A stretch of DNA of 64,000 bases from an uncultured delta proteobacterium (lineage in GTDB: Bacteria; Myxococcota_A; Polyangia; Polyangiales; B10-G4). The position numbers and the translations under genes were made by a program. Shown piece after piece: positions 44,379-54,518 of the stretch. The notes beneath the pieces were generated by a model. It searched no databases. It was given only the letters and a program-made list of their open reading frames with translations, and had not been told where the DNA came from. The DNA lies in assembly GCA_963727445.1 (NCBI GenBank), contig CAVSGI010000014.1, positions 64,001 through 128,000 on the forward strand. The letters run 5' to 3'. Numbering within the stretch: the first letter of the stretch is position 1; each line of letters starts with the position of its first letter.

Positions 44379-45384
44379 ATGTCCAGCGCCTTCGACTCGA
44401 TCATCGCCCAGCCCGTCGCCGTTCGCGTGCTCACGCGTGCCGTGCAGAGCGGCCGCATCGCCAACAGCTACCTCTTCGAAGGGCCGAGCGGGGTGGGCAA
44501 GTCGATGGCCGCCCTGGCCCTGGCGCAGGCGGTCTTGTGCCCGAAGGCCAAGGGGCGGGGGTGCGGCGAGTGCGACGTCTGCCGCCGAGCGCGGGAGGGG
44601 AGCCACCCCGACGTCCGCACCTTCGGCCCCCGCGACGAGGGCAACCGCAACATCCAGGTCGAGTTCCTCCGCAACGAGATCCTCCCGGTCGCTCAGTTCG
44701 CCCCCTTCGAGGCGGAGGCCGCGTTTCTGATCTTCCCCGAAGCGGACGTCTCCTTTCCGGAGGTCCATCCGGAGTCGGCGAACGCCCTGCTCAAGACCCT
44801 CGAAGAGCCCCGCCCCGGGGTCCACTTCCTCCTGCTCTCGGAGCGGCCGGATCGCCTCCTGCCCACGATCCGCAGCCGCTGCCAGAACGTGCGCTTCTCG
44901 CGCCTGCCAGCCACGGTTCTCGAGCGGATCCTCTCGGAACACGGGGTCCCCGAGGCCGATCGGGGGCCTGCGGCGGCCCTGGCGGACGGGCGCGCCGACC
45001 GGGCGCTGGCCATGGCCGAGAGCGGCACCAGCCAGGAGGTGCTCGAGCGCGCCCTGGCCATCGACGCCTCCGTGGCCAGCCGCAAGCCCGGGTCGCTGGT
45101 CTCGATCGCCGAGGAGCTGGCGCGGAGCGACGATTCTCGAGCTGACGCTGGAGACCCTGTCGACTTTCTACCGGGACGTGGCGGCCGCGGGCCTCCGCGC
45201 TCCCGACCAGGCGCTCGCCTTCCGGCATCGGGCCGACGCGATCCGCGAGCGGGCGCGGGTGGTCAGCCCGGCCCAGGCGGCCGCGCGGGTGGAGCTCATC
45301 CGCGGCGCGATGGACACTTTCGAGCGAAACGCCAATCGCCAGAGTGCTTTGGACGCGCTCCTCTTCGGCCTCGGGCAGGCGTGA
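44379..45384 (+). CDS. holB: DNA polymerase III delta-prime subunit; apparent frameshift at ~45134
   Basis: YLFEGPSGVGK, C..CGECDVC Zn module, HPD, ANALLKTLEEP, LLPTIRSRC; continues DDLELTLETLSTFYRD. Confidence 0.9.
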
Positions 45385-45525
45385 AAAAATCGTACTCGGG
45401 CGAAGAACCTCAGCGTGTTGCGGGATTGTGGACCCTTCGGGAAGGCCCTCGTTAGTGAGTTGACGCCGGGCGGGGGATGCGTGACATGCTGTCCTCGGTT
45501 TCAGGTGATTTCCCGCCGTTTTTGG

Positions 45526-45542
45526 TCGGAATGATCGTTGCT
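45526..45542 (+). promoter_or_regulatory. Possible sigma54 promoter
   Basis: TCGGAATGATCGTTGCT = GG-N10-GC with TTGC, ~57 bp before the ATG at 45599. Confidence 0.35.
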
Positions 45543-45598
45543 GAGGAGACAGACGCGCACCAGGTGGTTGGGAGGTGCGGATCTCCAGGGAGGAACGA

Positions 45599-46147
45599 AT
45601 GGCTCGCATCGCAATCGCGCTCACCGCTCTGGCCGTGCTCGGCGCATGCACGGCGGACACGGGCAACTCTTCGACGTCCAGCGCTCTCGCGCTCGCCGAC
45701 AAGGCAGCCGTGGAGTCGCAGGTCTATTACATCGACAGGGGCATCAGTGATGCTCCACTCAGAGCTGACCAGCTCGACGACTCGGGATGCGCCGTCCCGG
45801 TTCGCATCACCTTCGACGCGGACTTCGCGGTCGCGCACTACGCGCCCGACGGTGAGCCGCTCCTCGACGAGGATCACATCGTCGCGATGTGGCAGATCGC
45901 CGAACACGTGACACCCGCCGACGGCGAGCTCGACGAGGGTGGCGCCGACCTGCCGGTCGCCGTCCCGGAGCCGAACTACCCGACGCCGGCGCTCGACGGC
46001 CGGCTCGATTTGAACCCGGTCTCCGACATCGCCCGCCGGCTGATGAAGACGGGCATCAACGCGCCCTACGCGCGCATCGATTGGCTCCGCCAGTACTTCG
46101 AGGACATGCTCCGGCTCCCGCCGGGCGCACACCCCGGCTGCAGCTGA
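45599..46147 (+). CDS. Hypothetical acidic lipoprotein
   Basis: GGAGG RBS, lipobox LGAC-T, own terminator. Confidence 0.7.
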   Translation: MARIAIALTALAVLGACTADTGNSSTSSALALADKAAVESQVYYIDRGISDAPLRADQLDDSGCAVPVRITFDADFAVAHYAPDGEPLLDEDHIVAMWQIAEHVTPADGELDEGGADLPVAVPEPNYPTPALDGRLDLNPVSDIARRLMKTGINAPYARIDWLRQYFEDMLRLPPGAHPGCS

Positions 46148-46169
46148 GCACCACCCCCATCACATGATG

Positions 46170-46206
46170 AAGGCCCGCGTTCTATTAGACGCGGGCCTTT
46201 TCGTTT
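46170..46206 (+). terminator. Rho-independent terminator
   Basis: AAGGCCCGCGT..ACGCGGGCCTT 11-bp stem followed by a T-rich tract. Confidence 0.85.
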
Positions 46207-46221
46207 AAGCTACGCGAGTCG

Positions 46222-47172
46222 ATGAATCGACCCCTCCTCCTCTCCGCCGCTGCCGCCCTCTGGCTGACGGCGGCCCCCGTCGCGCATGCACACGACCACA
46301 GCATCGGCGTGGGCTATCGCTACGGGCACCTGAATACCGGCAGCGATCAGGTCTACGACTTCCACTCGGCCACCGTGCAGTACGCCATGTCCATCGGCGG
46401 CTGGCTGCGCTTCTTCAGCGTCCTCGAGGTCATGATCCCGGCAGTGGGCGTGCAGAACGGGACGAGCTACGACCTGAACAGCACCTACCGCAGCAAGTTC
46501 GGCGCGGACGTCTCCTTCGGCGGAGCGCTCCACTTCCAGCCGCTCGAACGTCTCTTCGTCCTGACCGGCATCGGCCCCCACATGAACGCGATGACCCTCT
46601 CGCACGAGGAGCTGGTCACCTTCAACAGCCTCACCCTCGGCATCACCTCCTTCTCGACGGCGCGCTACGCCATCAACGACTGGCTCGAGACCGGCGCCAA
46701 CCTGACGGTCTCGGTGGACTTCGCCGATCCCCTTCACACCGTCGCCCCGCTCGACTGGGGCGTGCACTTCGCGGTCACGGCGATCGTGGGTGTGCGGCTG
46801 GGTGAAGGGGACGCGCCGGATCTGTCGGAGGACTTGAGAGGGGGGCCGCGGCGAGGGGGGCGGCGGCGGTCGGAGGCGGAGACAGAGACGGAGACGGACG
46901 AGACGGGGACTGAACCGAGCGAGTTGAATGAGGGGAACGGCGCCACCACCGACCGGCCGATGACCGGCGACGGCGCGGGCGCGGGAACGGGAACGGGCGC
47001 GGGAACGGGCGCGGGAACGGGAACGGTTCCTGCGGACCAGGTGGACGAACCCCACGGGGGTGAAGGGCCACGGCCGGATATCCAACGAGAGGGGCCTGCG
47101 CCGACTGCGTCCCCGCCGAACACGACAGCGGGAGCGGGAACGGGCGCGGGCGCGGGCGAGGACGCACCGTGA
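46222..47172 (+). CDS. Probable small outer-membrane beta-barrel with disordered C-terminal tail
   Basis: Signal peptide (AHA), alternating amphipathic strands up to VGVRL, then low-complexity E/T/G/A tail. Confidence 0.6.
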   Translation: MNRPLLLSAAAALWLTAAPVAHAHDHSIGVGYRYGHLNTGSDQVYDFHSATVQYAMSIGGWLRFFSVLEVMIPAVGVQNGTSYDLNSTYRSKFGADVSFGGALHFQPLERLFVLTGIGPHMNAMTLSHEELVTFNSLTLGITSFSTARYAINDWLETGANLTVSVDFADPLHTVAPLDWGVHFAVTAIVGVRLGEGDAPDLSEDLRGGPRRGGRRRSEAETETETDETGTEPSELNEGNGATTDRPMTGDGAGAGTGTGAGTGAGTGTVPADQVDEPHGGEGPRPDIQREGPAPTASPPNTTAGAGTGAGAGEDAP

Positions 47173-48125
47173 GACGCCTTCTCTTCCTCCTCTTGCTCCC
47201 CCTCCTCCTCGCTTGCGAGCCCGTCTACGGCGACCTCGCGACGCCCATCGATCGGAGCATGCCTTTTCGGGCGGCGGCCGAGACCTTCATGGCGGGAGAC
47301 GCGGAGATGACCGCGATGGTGATCTTCGGTGATCAGGACGCGGACAACATCGGCGACATCGCCTATGGCGAGGTGCTCGCGAACGGTGAGACGCGCCTCT
47401 ACACCGGGACCTACGTCGCGCCCGAAGAGGACATGGTGGAGGCGACCTTCGACGTGCTCTTCTTCATCCCCTACGAATACGACGTGGGGGCCACCGAGCG
47501 CGTGGGCGCGCAGACCATGGTCCTCGACGAGCCCATCGTCTACACGGCCACGCTGATGGCGGGCGCGGACGAAGCGATGGTCGACACCGGCAGCGGCGCC
47601 CGCACCTTCGCTCGCCTCGGAACGCTGCTCCCGAACATCGACCTGTCCACGATGGACGGGCAGTGGACCCTGTCACGCCTCTACAACTACGCCTACGTGA
47701 TCTCGCTCAGCCGCGTCATCGGCTGGGGCAGCGCCGGGCTCACCATGTACATCGGGCGCGCGGGCGTCTTCGACGGCCTGCAGCGCGGACGACAGGAGGT
47801 GCAGCTCCGCGACCTCCTCTCGCCCAAGTCCTCTTTCACGTACTTCGACTACACGGACCTGACCGGCTTCCGCTACGACGGCACCTACGAGAGCCACACC
47901 GACATCTCGGCGACCGGGATGCTGCTCGGCTCGGTCGAGTTCAGCATGGCGGGCGAGAACGACGGAACGCCGATCTTCTCCGGACGCATCGAGTACGACA
48001 ACCTCATCGTGAACGACGGCATCCCCAACGAGGGCTTCTACCGCTTCGTCATGGACGACGGACAGACCTGGGACATCGCAGCCGCCGATTTCCACCACGT
48101 GGATCTGAGCGGCTTGTTTCCGTGA
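47169..48125 (+). CDS. Hypothetical beta-rich lipoprotein
   Basis: Lipobox LLAC-E; GTGA overlap with upstream gene. Confidence 0.7.
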   Translation: MRRLLFLLLLPLLLACEPVYGDLATPIDRSMPFRAAAETFMAGDAEMTAMVIFGDQDADNIGDIAYGEVLANGETRLYTGTYVAPEEDMVEATFDVLFFIPYEYDVGATERVGAQTMVLDEPIVYTATLMAGADEAMVDTGSGARTFARLGTLLPNIDLSTMDGQWTLSRLYNYAYVISLSRVIGWGSAGLTMYIGRAGVFDGLQRGRQEVQLRDLLSPKSSFTYFDYTDLTGFRYDGTYESHTDISATGMLLGSVEFSMAGENDGTPIFSGRIEYDNLIVNDGIPNEGFYRFVMDDGQTWDIAAADFHHVDLSGLFP

Positions 48126-48134
48126 TGGGCCGCC

Positions 48135-50128
48135 TCAGCTGACGCGGCTGCCGACAGGGATGTCCTCGTCCACCGTGAGCACGCCGAGGGTGGAGTCGTC
48201 GGAAGCGGCGAGGACCATCCCCTGGCTCTCCATGCCCATGATCTTGCGCGGCGCGAGGTTGCACACCACGACGACCTTCTTCCCCACCAGCGCTTCGGCG
48301 TCGTAGTGCTCGAGAGATCCCGGCGAGGATCTGCCGGGGCGCGTCCTCACCGAGGTCGACCGAGAGCTTGAGGAGCTTCTTGCTCTTTTCGATCCTGTCG
48401 GCGCTGAGCACCTTGCCGAGGCGCATCTCCACTTTGGCGAAGTCGTCGTAGACGATGGTCCCGGTGTCGCTCGCGTTCTTCTTCGGAGCGGCCTGCTTCT
48501 TCGCCGGCTTCTGGTCCTCGTGGCCGGCTGACGCCTCCGCCGCGCCGAGGCGCTCGAGCATCTCGGCCTGGGCCGCATCGTCGAGGCGCGGAAAGAGCGC
48601 CGCCCCCGGGGCGGTCTTGGTACCGGCGGCGAGCCCGCCCCATTCCGCGGGCCACACGTCTTCACCTTCGGTCACCTTCACCGGCCCGAGACCCAGCTGC
48701 CCCATCAGCGCATCGCATTTTTCGGGCATGTAGGGCCAGAGCATCACGCCCAGCCAGCGGAGCGACTCGAGGACGGCGTAGGCGACGACCGCGAGGCGCG
48801 CGTCGTCCCCCTCCTTGGCGAGCTTCCAGGGCGCCGTCTGATCGACGTACTTGTTCGCCGCCGCCACCAGCTCCCAGGCCGCGTCGAGGGCGCGGTGCGG
48901 CGCCACGTCGTCGAGGTGCGCCGCGGCCGAGGCGGCCGCTTGCTTCGCCGTCGCGATCAGCTCCCGGTCGAGGTCCGTCATCGCCGCCGCGTCCACCGCG
49001 GGCACCTCGCCGCCCAGGTTCTTCTTCACGATCGAAGAGACGATGCGGTTCAGGAGATTGCCGAGCCCGTTGCCGAGCTCCCCGTTGTAGCGAGCGAGAA
49101 GATTCTTGTGGCTGAAGTCGCCGTCCTGACCGAAGGCGACCTCGCGCATCAGGTAGTAGCGCACGACGTCGGCGCCGAGCTCTTTCACCAGCGGCCCCGG
49201 CGGGATGAAGTTACCGAGGCGCTTGCTCATCTTCTGACCGTCGACGGTGAGCCAGCCGTGAGCCCAGATCTGCGAGGGCGGCTCGATCCCCGCGCTCATC
49301 AGGAAGGCGGGCCAGTAGACGGCGTGAAAGCGCAGGATGTCCTTGCCGACGATGTGCACCACGTCCGCCGAGGGCGGCCAGAACCGATCGAAGAGGGGCG
49401 ACTCACCCGGTGCCGCCGGCCCGCCGAGGGCGCTGATGTAGTTGGTGAGCGCGTCGAGCCAGACGTACATCACGTGGGCGTCGTCCCCGGGAACGGGCAC
49501 GCCCCACTGGAAGGTGGTGCGCGAGATGCTGAGGTCGCGCAGGCCTGATTTGACGAAGCTCTTCACCTCGTTGAAGCGGCTCTCGGGCTGCACGAAGCGC
49601 GGGGTTGTTCTCGAGGTGCGTCAGGAGTCGGTCGCCGTAGGCGCTGAGCCGGAAGAAGTAGCTCTTCTCCTTGACGCGCTGGACCTTGCTCCGCGTGACC
49701 TCGTCCAGCTCGGCGAGCTCGGTCTCGGTGATGAAGGCCTCGTCGGCGACCGAGTACCAGCCCTCGTACTCGCCCAGGTAGATGTCGCCCTTGTCGACGA
49801 GGATCTGCCAGAGCTTCTGCACGCGCGACTCGTGTCGCTCCTCGGTGGTGCGGATGTAGTCGTCGAAGGTGCAGGAGAGCTCCTCGAAGGCCTGCTTGAA
49901 GGGCGGCGACATCTCGTCGACGAAGGCCTGGGGCTTCTTGCCCAGCTCGTCGGCCTTCTGCTCGATCTTCTGGCCGTGCTCGTCGGTGCCGGTCAGGAAG
50001 CGGACCGGACGGCCGCGCAGGCGCTGGTATCGCGCGAGGACGTCGGCGGCGACCGTCGAATACGCGTGACCGATGTGCGGCCGGTCGTTGACGTAGTAGA
50101 TGGGGGTCGTGACGTAGAAGGGCTTCAT
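48135..50128 (-). CDS. metG: Methionyl-tRNA synthetase with C-terminal tRNA-binding domain; two apparent frameshifts (~49600, ~48313)
   Basis: [53 protein letters not shown]. Confidence 0.95.
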
Positions 50129-50211
50129 GAGGAGGGGGCGAGGATAGTGCCTCAGCCCGGTGGTGTCAGGGCGGCTTTACTCGCGCCCTCCCCTGCGCTA
50201 CCTCGCAGCCG

Positions 50212-51273
50212 ATGCTGGCGACGCTCATCCCCATGCAGCGGCCCACCTTCGAGGCGGCGATCCGCGATGCGGGCTCGCGCAAGCGGGAGGCGCGGCTGGC
50301 GGCGGCGGACCGCCTCGGGAGCCCACCGACTGGGCTCGAGGCCGAGGCCGCCGAGGCGCTGGCCATCCTCGCCGACGACCCCGACCCGGCCATCCGCCGG
50401 ACGGCGCTCCTCGCGCTCGGTGGGCTCGAGGACGCGGGACGGGCGCACCTCGCGCTGGTGCTGCTGCGCTTCGACGACGGCGACCCCGCCGTTCGACAGG
50501 CGGCGGTGATCGCGGCGGGAAGTCTCGGCGGCGACGAGGCCGCCGGAGCGATTCGCGACGCGCTCGAGAGCCCGCATCCGGACATGCGCTTTCAGGCGGT
50601 GATGAGCGTCGTCGAGCTGGATCTCGAAGACACCGCTCACCTCGTTCGGGCACGCCTCTCGGACGACGATGCCGAGGTCCGGGCGCATGCCGCCGAAGCG
50701 CTCGGCAAGAAGGGCGACGAGGAGGCGAGCGAGGCGCTGGCGAAGGCGCTCGACGACGAGGCGCCGCTCGTGCGCTACGAAGCCGCGCTGGCCCTGGCCT
50801 CCCTGGGCGACGACCGCGGAGCGGCGGTGCTCCGCGAAGCGCTCCACGTGCCCGAGACCGCGATCGCGGCCGCGATGGCGCTCGGGGACGTGAGGGCCGA
50901 GTCGGCGCGCGAGGACCTCGCCGCCATCGCCAAGCGCAAGCTGCTCTCGCCGCTGATGCGCGCCGCGGTGGGAGGTGCGCTCTGTCGCCTCGATGACGCG
51001 CGCGGCGTGGCAGCCCTGCGCGCAGCGATGCACGCCCTGCGCGCGGACGGCCGGGGTCTCGCGGTGCAGCTCGCGGGCGAGCTCGCGCTCTTCGAGCTCG
51101 CCAAAGACCTCGCGACCCTCGCGCGACGCCCGCGCGGCACCGATCCCGTCACCCTGGCCGAGGCGCTGGGGCGCCTCGCCCACGAGAGCGACGTGGCCCG
51201 ATCCGCGCTCGAGGAGATGGCACAGAGCGGCGACGAGGAGAGCGCCGCGGCGGCGCGGGAGGCGCTCTCGTGA
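50212..51273 (+). CDS. HEAT-repeat protein
   Basis: Repeated L.D....VR..A..ALG units. Confidence 0.85.
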   Translation: MLATLIPMQRPTFEAAIRDAGSRKREARLAAADRLGSPPTGLEAEAAEALAILADDPDPAIRRTALLALGGLEDAGRAHLALVLLRFDDGDPAVRQAAVIAAGSLGGDEAAGAIRDALESPHPDMRFQAVMSVVELDLEDTAHLVRARLSDDDAEVRAHAAEALGKKGDEEASEALAKALDDEAPLVRYEAALALASLGDDRGAAVLREALHVPETAIAAAMALGDVRAESAREDLAAIAKRKLLSPLMRAAVGGALCRLDDARGVAALRAAMHALRADGRGLAVQLAGELALFELAKDLATLARRPRGTDPVTLAEALGRLAHESDVARSALEEMAQSGDEESAAAAREALS

Positions 51274-52061
51274 CGGTCGAGCTCATCGATACCCACTGCC
51301 ACCTCGACTTCGATCGCTACGACGAGGACCGCGAGGCGGTCTTCGAGCGGGCCGCGGCAGAGGGCGTGACGCGGATGATGACCATCGGCTGCGCGCAGTC
51401 GGTACAGGACGCGGACGCCGCCCTCCGGATGGCCCAGGCGCGACCCGACCGCCTCCGCGCGAGCGTCGGCATCCATCCGCACGACGCCGCCAATGCCGAC
51501 CAGGCCCTGCTCGACGCCATCGAGCGTCTCTCGGCCGACCCGCTCGTGCTCGCCATCGGCGAGATGGGTCTCGACTTCTTCTACGACAACTCGCCGCGGG
51601 ATGCGCAACGCGAGGCTTTCCGCGCGCAGATCGCCATCGCGCGGCGCGCGAAGAAGCCCATCGTCATCCACACGCGCAACGCCCCCGCCGAGACCCTCGA
51701 CATCCTGCGCGAGGAGAACGCGAAGGACGTCGGCGGCATCATCCACTGCTTCAGCGAGGATGCGCCCTTCGCGCGCGCCGCCCTGGACCTCGGCTTCGTC
51801 TCCTCCTTCAGTGGCCTGGTCACTTTCAACAAGAAGGTCGACGGCATTCGCGAGGCCGCGAAGGCGCAGCCCGCCGACGCGATCCTGGTCGAGACGGACG
51901 CGCCCTTCCTCGCCCCGCACCCGAAGCGCGGCAAGCGCAACGAGCCTTCCTACGTCGCGCACACGGCGCGCTTCCTCGCGGAGCTTCGCGGGGTGAGCTT
52001 CGAAGAGATTGCCCGCGTCACCACCGACAACGCCGAGCGCGTGCTCGGCTGGAAGCGCTGA
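51270..52061 (+). CDS. tatD: TatD family deoxyribonuclease
   Basis: DTHCHLD, GIHPH, IGEMGLD, IHTR, IHCF, ETDAPFL. Confidence 0.95.
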   Translation: MTVELIDTHCHLDFDRYDEDREAVFERAAAEGVTRMMTIGCAQSVQDADAALRMAQARPDRLRASVGIHPHDAANADQALLDAIERLSADPLVLAIGEMGLDFFYDNSPRDAQREAFRAQIAIARRAKKPIVIHTRNAPAETLDILREENAKDVGGIIHCFSEDAPFARAALDLGFVSSFSGLVTFNKKVDGIREAAKAQPADAILVETDAPFLAPHPKRGKRNEPSYVAHTARFLAELRGVSFEEIARVTTDNAERVLGWKR

Positions 52062-52069
52062 CGCTGGGC

Positions 52070-52588
52070 CTACAGAAGCGCGAGGAGGCCCCCGGCGAGC
52101 GCCCCGAGCCAAACGACGGCGATGTGGAGCGCGAGCTCGTAGTCGAAGGGGCGCTTCGGCGCGGGGGGCGGCGTCGATATGTAGAAATACGCCGGGATAC
52201 CGGGCACCGAAGGATAGGCGTCGCTGTTGCGGGCGTAGCCCGCGAGCTTCGGAGGACAGGACTTGGCGACGAGATCGAAGTCGACGAGGGAGATGCCGTC
52301 GTCGTCGTAGTCCTCGTCCTCGACCGCGGGAGCTGGCGGGGCGAGCCTCGCCTTGTCGAGCTTCGCGGACTTCCTGCCAGGCTCGGCCTTTCGCCAGAGC
52401 GCCGCGGCGGGGATCGGAGGCGGAGCGGACGTCCGTCGCTTCGGCGGCGCGTCCGAGAGCTCTCGCAGCTCCTCGGTGAAGTCCGGAAGGTCGTCCGCGG
52501 TCGGGACGCGGCGAATGCCGCTCTCGTCGGGGTCGGACGCGTATGGAACAGGCGCGGAGGGCCGCTTCACTTCTTTCAAAGCACTCAT
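52070..52588 (-). CDS. Hypothetical disordered protein with C-terminal TM anchor
   Basis: Pro/acidic-rich, ends in a hydrophobic helix; sigma54-like site upstream. Confidence 0.55.
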   Translation of the reverse strand: MSALKEVKRPSAPVPYASDPDESGIRRVPTADDLPDFTEELRELSDAPPKRRTSAPPPIPAAALWRKAEPGRKSAKLDKARLAPPAPAVEDEDYDDDGISLVDFDLVAKSCPPKLAGYARNSDAYPSVPGIPAYFYISTPPPAPKRPFDYELALHIAVVWLGALAGGLLALL

Positions 52589-52623
52589 GGTTCGAATCCC
52601 CTGCTCTCTCTACAGCACACTCC

Positions 52624-52640
52624 AGCACGCCGTGTGCCAG
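52624..52640 (-). promoter_or_regulatory. Sigma54 -24/-12 promoter
   Basis: Minus strand CTGGCACACGGCGTGCT = TGGCAC, GG-N10-GC. Confidence 0.6.
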
Positions 52641-52781
52641 GGGTTGATACGTCGGGGTGACAGAATTTTTCCCAGATCACTTAATTCAGGTGGCCGATCC
52701 GCCTTCCACTTCGGGTGGGGACAGCCGGCAAGGCGAGTAGCCACGTGGCGCGGATCGGGCGCCGTTCGGGGGTCCCGGACC

Positions 52782-52798
52782 TTGGCGTGACGATTGCT
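52782..52798 (+). promoter_or_regulatory. Sigma54 -24/-12 promoter
   Basis: TTGGCGTGACGATTGCT = GG-N10-GC with TTGC. Confidence 0.6.
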
Positions 52799-52846
52799 CA
52801 GGGCCGCACTGCCCCGACGGGGCGCTTTCCTTCCGGAGCGACCATC

Positions 52847-53116
52847 ATGTCATCGCAGGACCCCAACGACATTCGCGTAGGCACTTTCGCCCTCTTCCAC
52901 CCCGACGCGATCAAGCGGATGCTGGATATCGGCATCGATCTGACCCTCGAGCACGACCGCTCGCTCTTCGATGCCTGTGCGATGCGGAACGTCGACCCGC
53001 GCTACTTCCTGATGGATGCCCTCGACGACGATCGCGAAGGGGCCCCGGGTCTCGACTGGGACGTGGTGCGGCCAGCGAAGGGTCGCTGGGAGCCCGCCGC
53101 CTTCCTCACCGTTTGA
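52847..53116 (+). CDS. Small stand-alone ScdA_N/DUF542-like protein
   Basis: HPDAIKRMLDIGID...RSLFDACAMRNVDP resembles the RIC/YtfE N-domain pattern; GGAG RBS. Confidence 0.5.
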   Translation: MSSQDPNDIRVGTFALFHPDAIKRMLDIGIDLTLEHDRSLFDACAMRNVDPRYFLMDALDDDREGAPGLDWDVVRPAKGRWEPAAFLTV

Positions 53117-53711
53117 GCGGTCGCTCGAGCTCGTAGAGCACCACCTCGGAGTCCGCAGGTAGGAACACGCCACCACCCATGTTGACGAAGCGAGGCGCGA
53201 GGGCCTGCCGGTACCAATCGGCGGGCCTGAGGTGCACCTCGCCGTCGGTGCGCTCCTGGTCGCAGTTCTCCTCCCAATCCTCGCGGGTCAGCGCCTGGAG
53301 GTAGAGCAGGCCCCGGGTCAGACGGCTGAGATTCCCGATCGCCTTCTTCGCGTCGCGGGCACCGAGGTATTGCAGGACGCCCTGGCAGATGACGAGATTG
53401 GCGGGTCGTCCCGACCAGTCCACCACCGACCCGCGCCGCCAACCCAGCTCCCGGCAGAGGTGGGCGCTGAGCTCGACGCCCTGGTAGCGGAGCCCCTGAA
53501 AGTGGCTCTGCAAAGGCGCCTTCCAGGGCCCCAGACCGCAGCCGAGGTCGAGGGCGGTCCGAACGGGGATCTCCAGGTATTTCGCGTAGCTCGCCACGAA
53601 GCCGACCAGCCGCTCCATCTCCTCGGCCTCCGCCACCCGGCTGTCGGGATCCCGGTAGAAGCGGTCGTAATAGGCCTGGTCGAAGCGGGTTTTCGGAGCA
53701 CCCATGGCCAC
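53106..53711 (-). CDS. Class I SAM-dependent methyltransferase
   Basis: ALDLGCGLG, GVELS, CQGVLQY. Confidence 0.88.
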   Translation of the reverse strand: MAMGAPKTRFDQAYYDRFYRDPDSRVAEAEEMERLVGFVASYAKYLEIPVRTALDLGCGLGPWKAPLQSHFQGLRYQGVELSAHLCRELGWRRGSVVDWSGRPANLVICQGVLQYLGARDAKKAIGNLSRLTRGLLYLQALTREDWEENCDQERTDGEVHLRPADWYRQALAPRFVNMGGGVFLPADSEVVLYELERPLKR

Positions 53712-53779
53712 CCAAGATAGCCCAATCTCAGGCTGCCCCGAGGCCCCCGGAAATTGGCCGGGGCGCGGAGAATTGCTGC

Positions 53780-53807
53780 TTGACTTGGGGCCGACCCAAC
53801 GTAGGCT
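53780..53807 (+). promoter_or_regulatory. Sigma70-like promoter for rplC
   Basis: TTGACT-N16-TAGGCT, ~30 bp before the ATG. Confidence 0.55.
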
Positions 53808-53836
53808 TCGCTCCCTTTTCGCAGTAGGCGTTAATC

Positions 53837-54511
53837 ATGAATGAAAACCTCGGCCTCATCGGCAAGAAGCTCGGCTGTACGCAGATTTTCAACGACGACG
53901 GCAGCGTCACCAGCGTGACGGTGATCGAAGCGGGGCCGTGCGTCGTGCTCGGCAAGCGCACCGCAGACAAGCACGGGTACACCGCGCTGCAGCTCGGCTT
54001 CGGCGAGAAGCGCAAGAAGCTCGTGAGCAAGCCCGAAGCCGGCTTCTTCGACAAGCTGGGCCTCGACAAGGCGCCGCGGGTCGTTCGTGAGTTCCGCGTG
54101 CCGAGCGACATCGCCGACAAGTACGAGGTCGGTTCGACCATCAGCGTCGCGGACATCTTCACCGAGGGCGAGAAGGTCGACATCACCGGCACCAGCAAGG
54201 GACGCGGCTTCGCCGGCGTCATCAAGCGCCACAACTTCCACGGCGCGGGCTCGCTCGGTCACGGCACGCACGAGGCGAAGCGTCACGGTGGATCCATCGG
54301 TCAGAACATGACCCCCGGCCGCACATTCCCTGGCATGAAGATGGCCGGCCGTTACGGCGGCAAGCGCGCCACCATCATGAGCGTGAAGATCGCCAAGGTG
54401 ATGGCTGACGAAGGCCTGGTCCTCGTGGCGGGCGGCGTGCCCGGCCCGAAGAACGGTGTGGTCACCGTTCGCAACGCGGCCAAGGGCAAGCGCGCCGCGG
54501 TCGAGGCCTGA
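53837..54511 (+). CDS. rplC: 50S ribosomal protein L3
   Basis: [62 protein letters not shown]. Confidence 0.97.
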   Translation: MNENLGLIGKKLGCTQIFNDDGSVTSVTVIEAGPCVVLGKRTADKHGYTALQLGFGEKRKKLVSKPEAGFFDKLGLDKAPRVVREFRVPSDIADKYEVGSTISVADIFTEGEKVDITGTSKGRGFAGVIKRHNFHGAGSLGHGTHEAKRHGGSIGQNMTPGRTFPGMKMAGRYGGKRATIMSVKIAKVMADEGLVLVAGGVPGPKNGVVTVRNAAKGKRAAVEA

Positions 54512-54518
54512 GGCCGAG

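Noticed and set aside
44379..50128. holB and metG (and other frameshifted genes) as true pseudogenes or programmed frameshifts
   Set aside because: Single indels with otherwise intact motifs, normally essential functions, no slippery sites noticed, and strong association with GATC point to sequencing error
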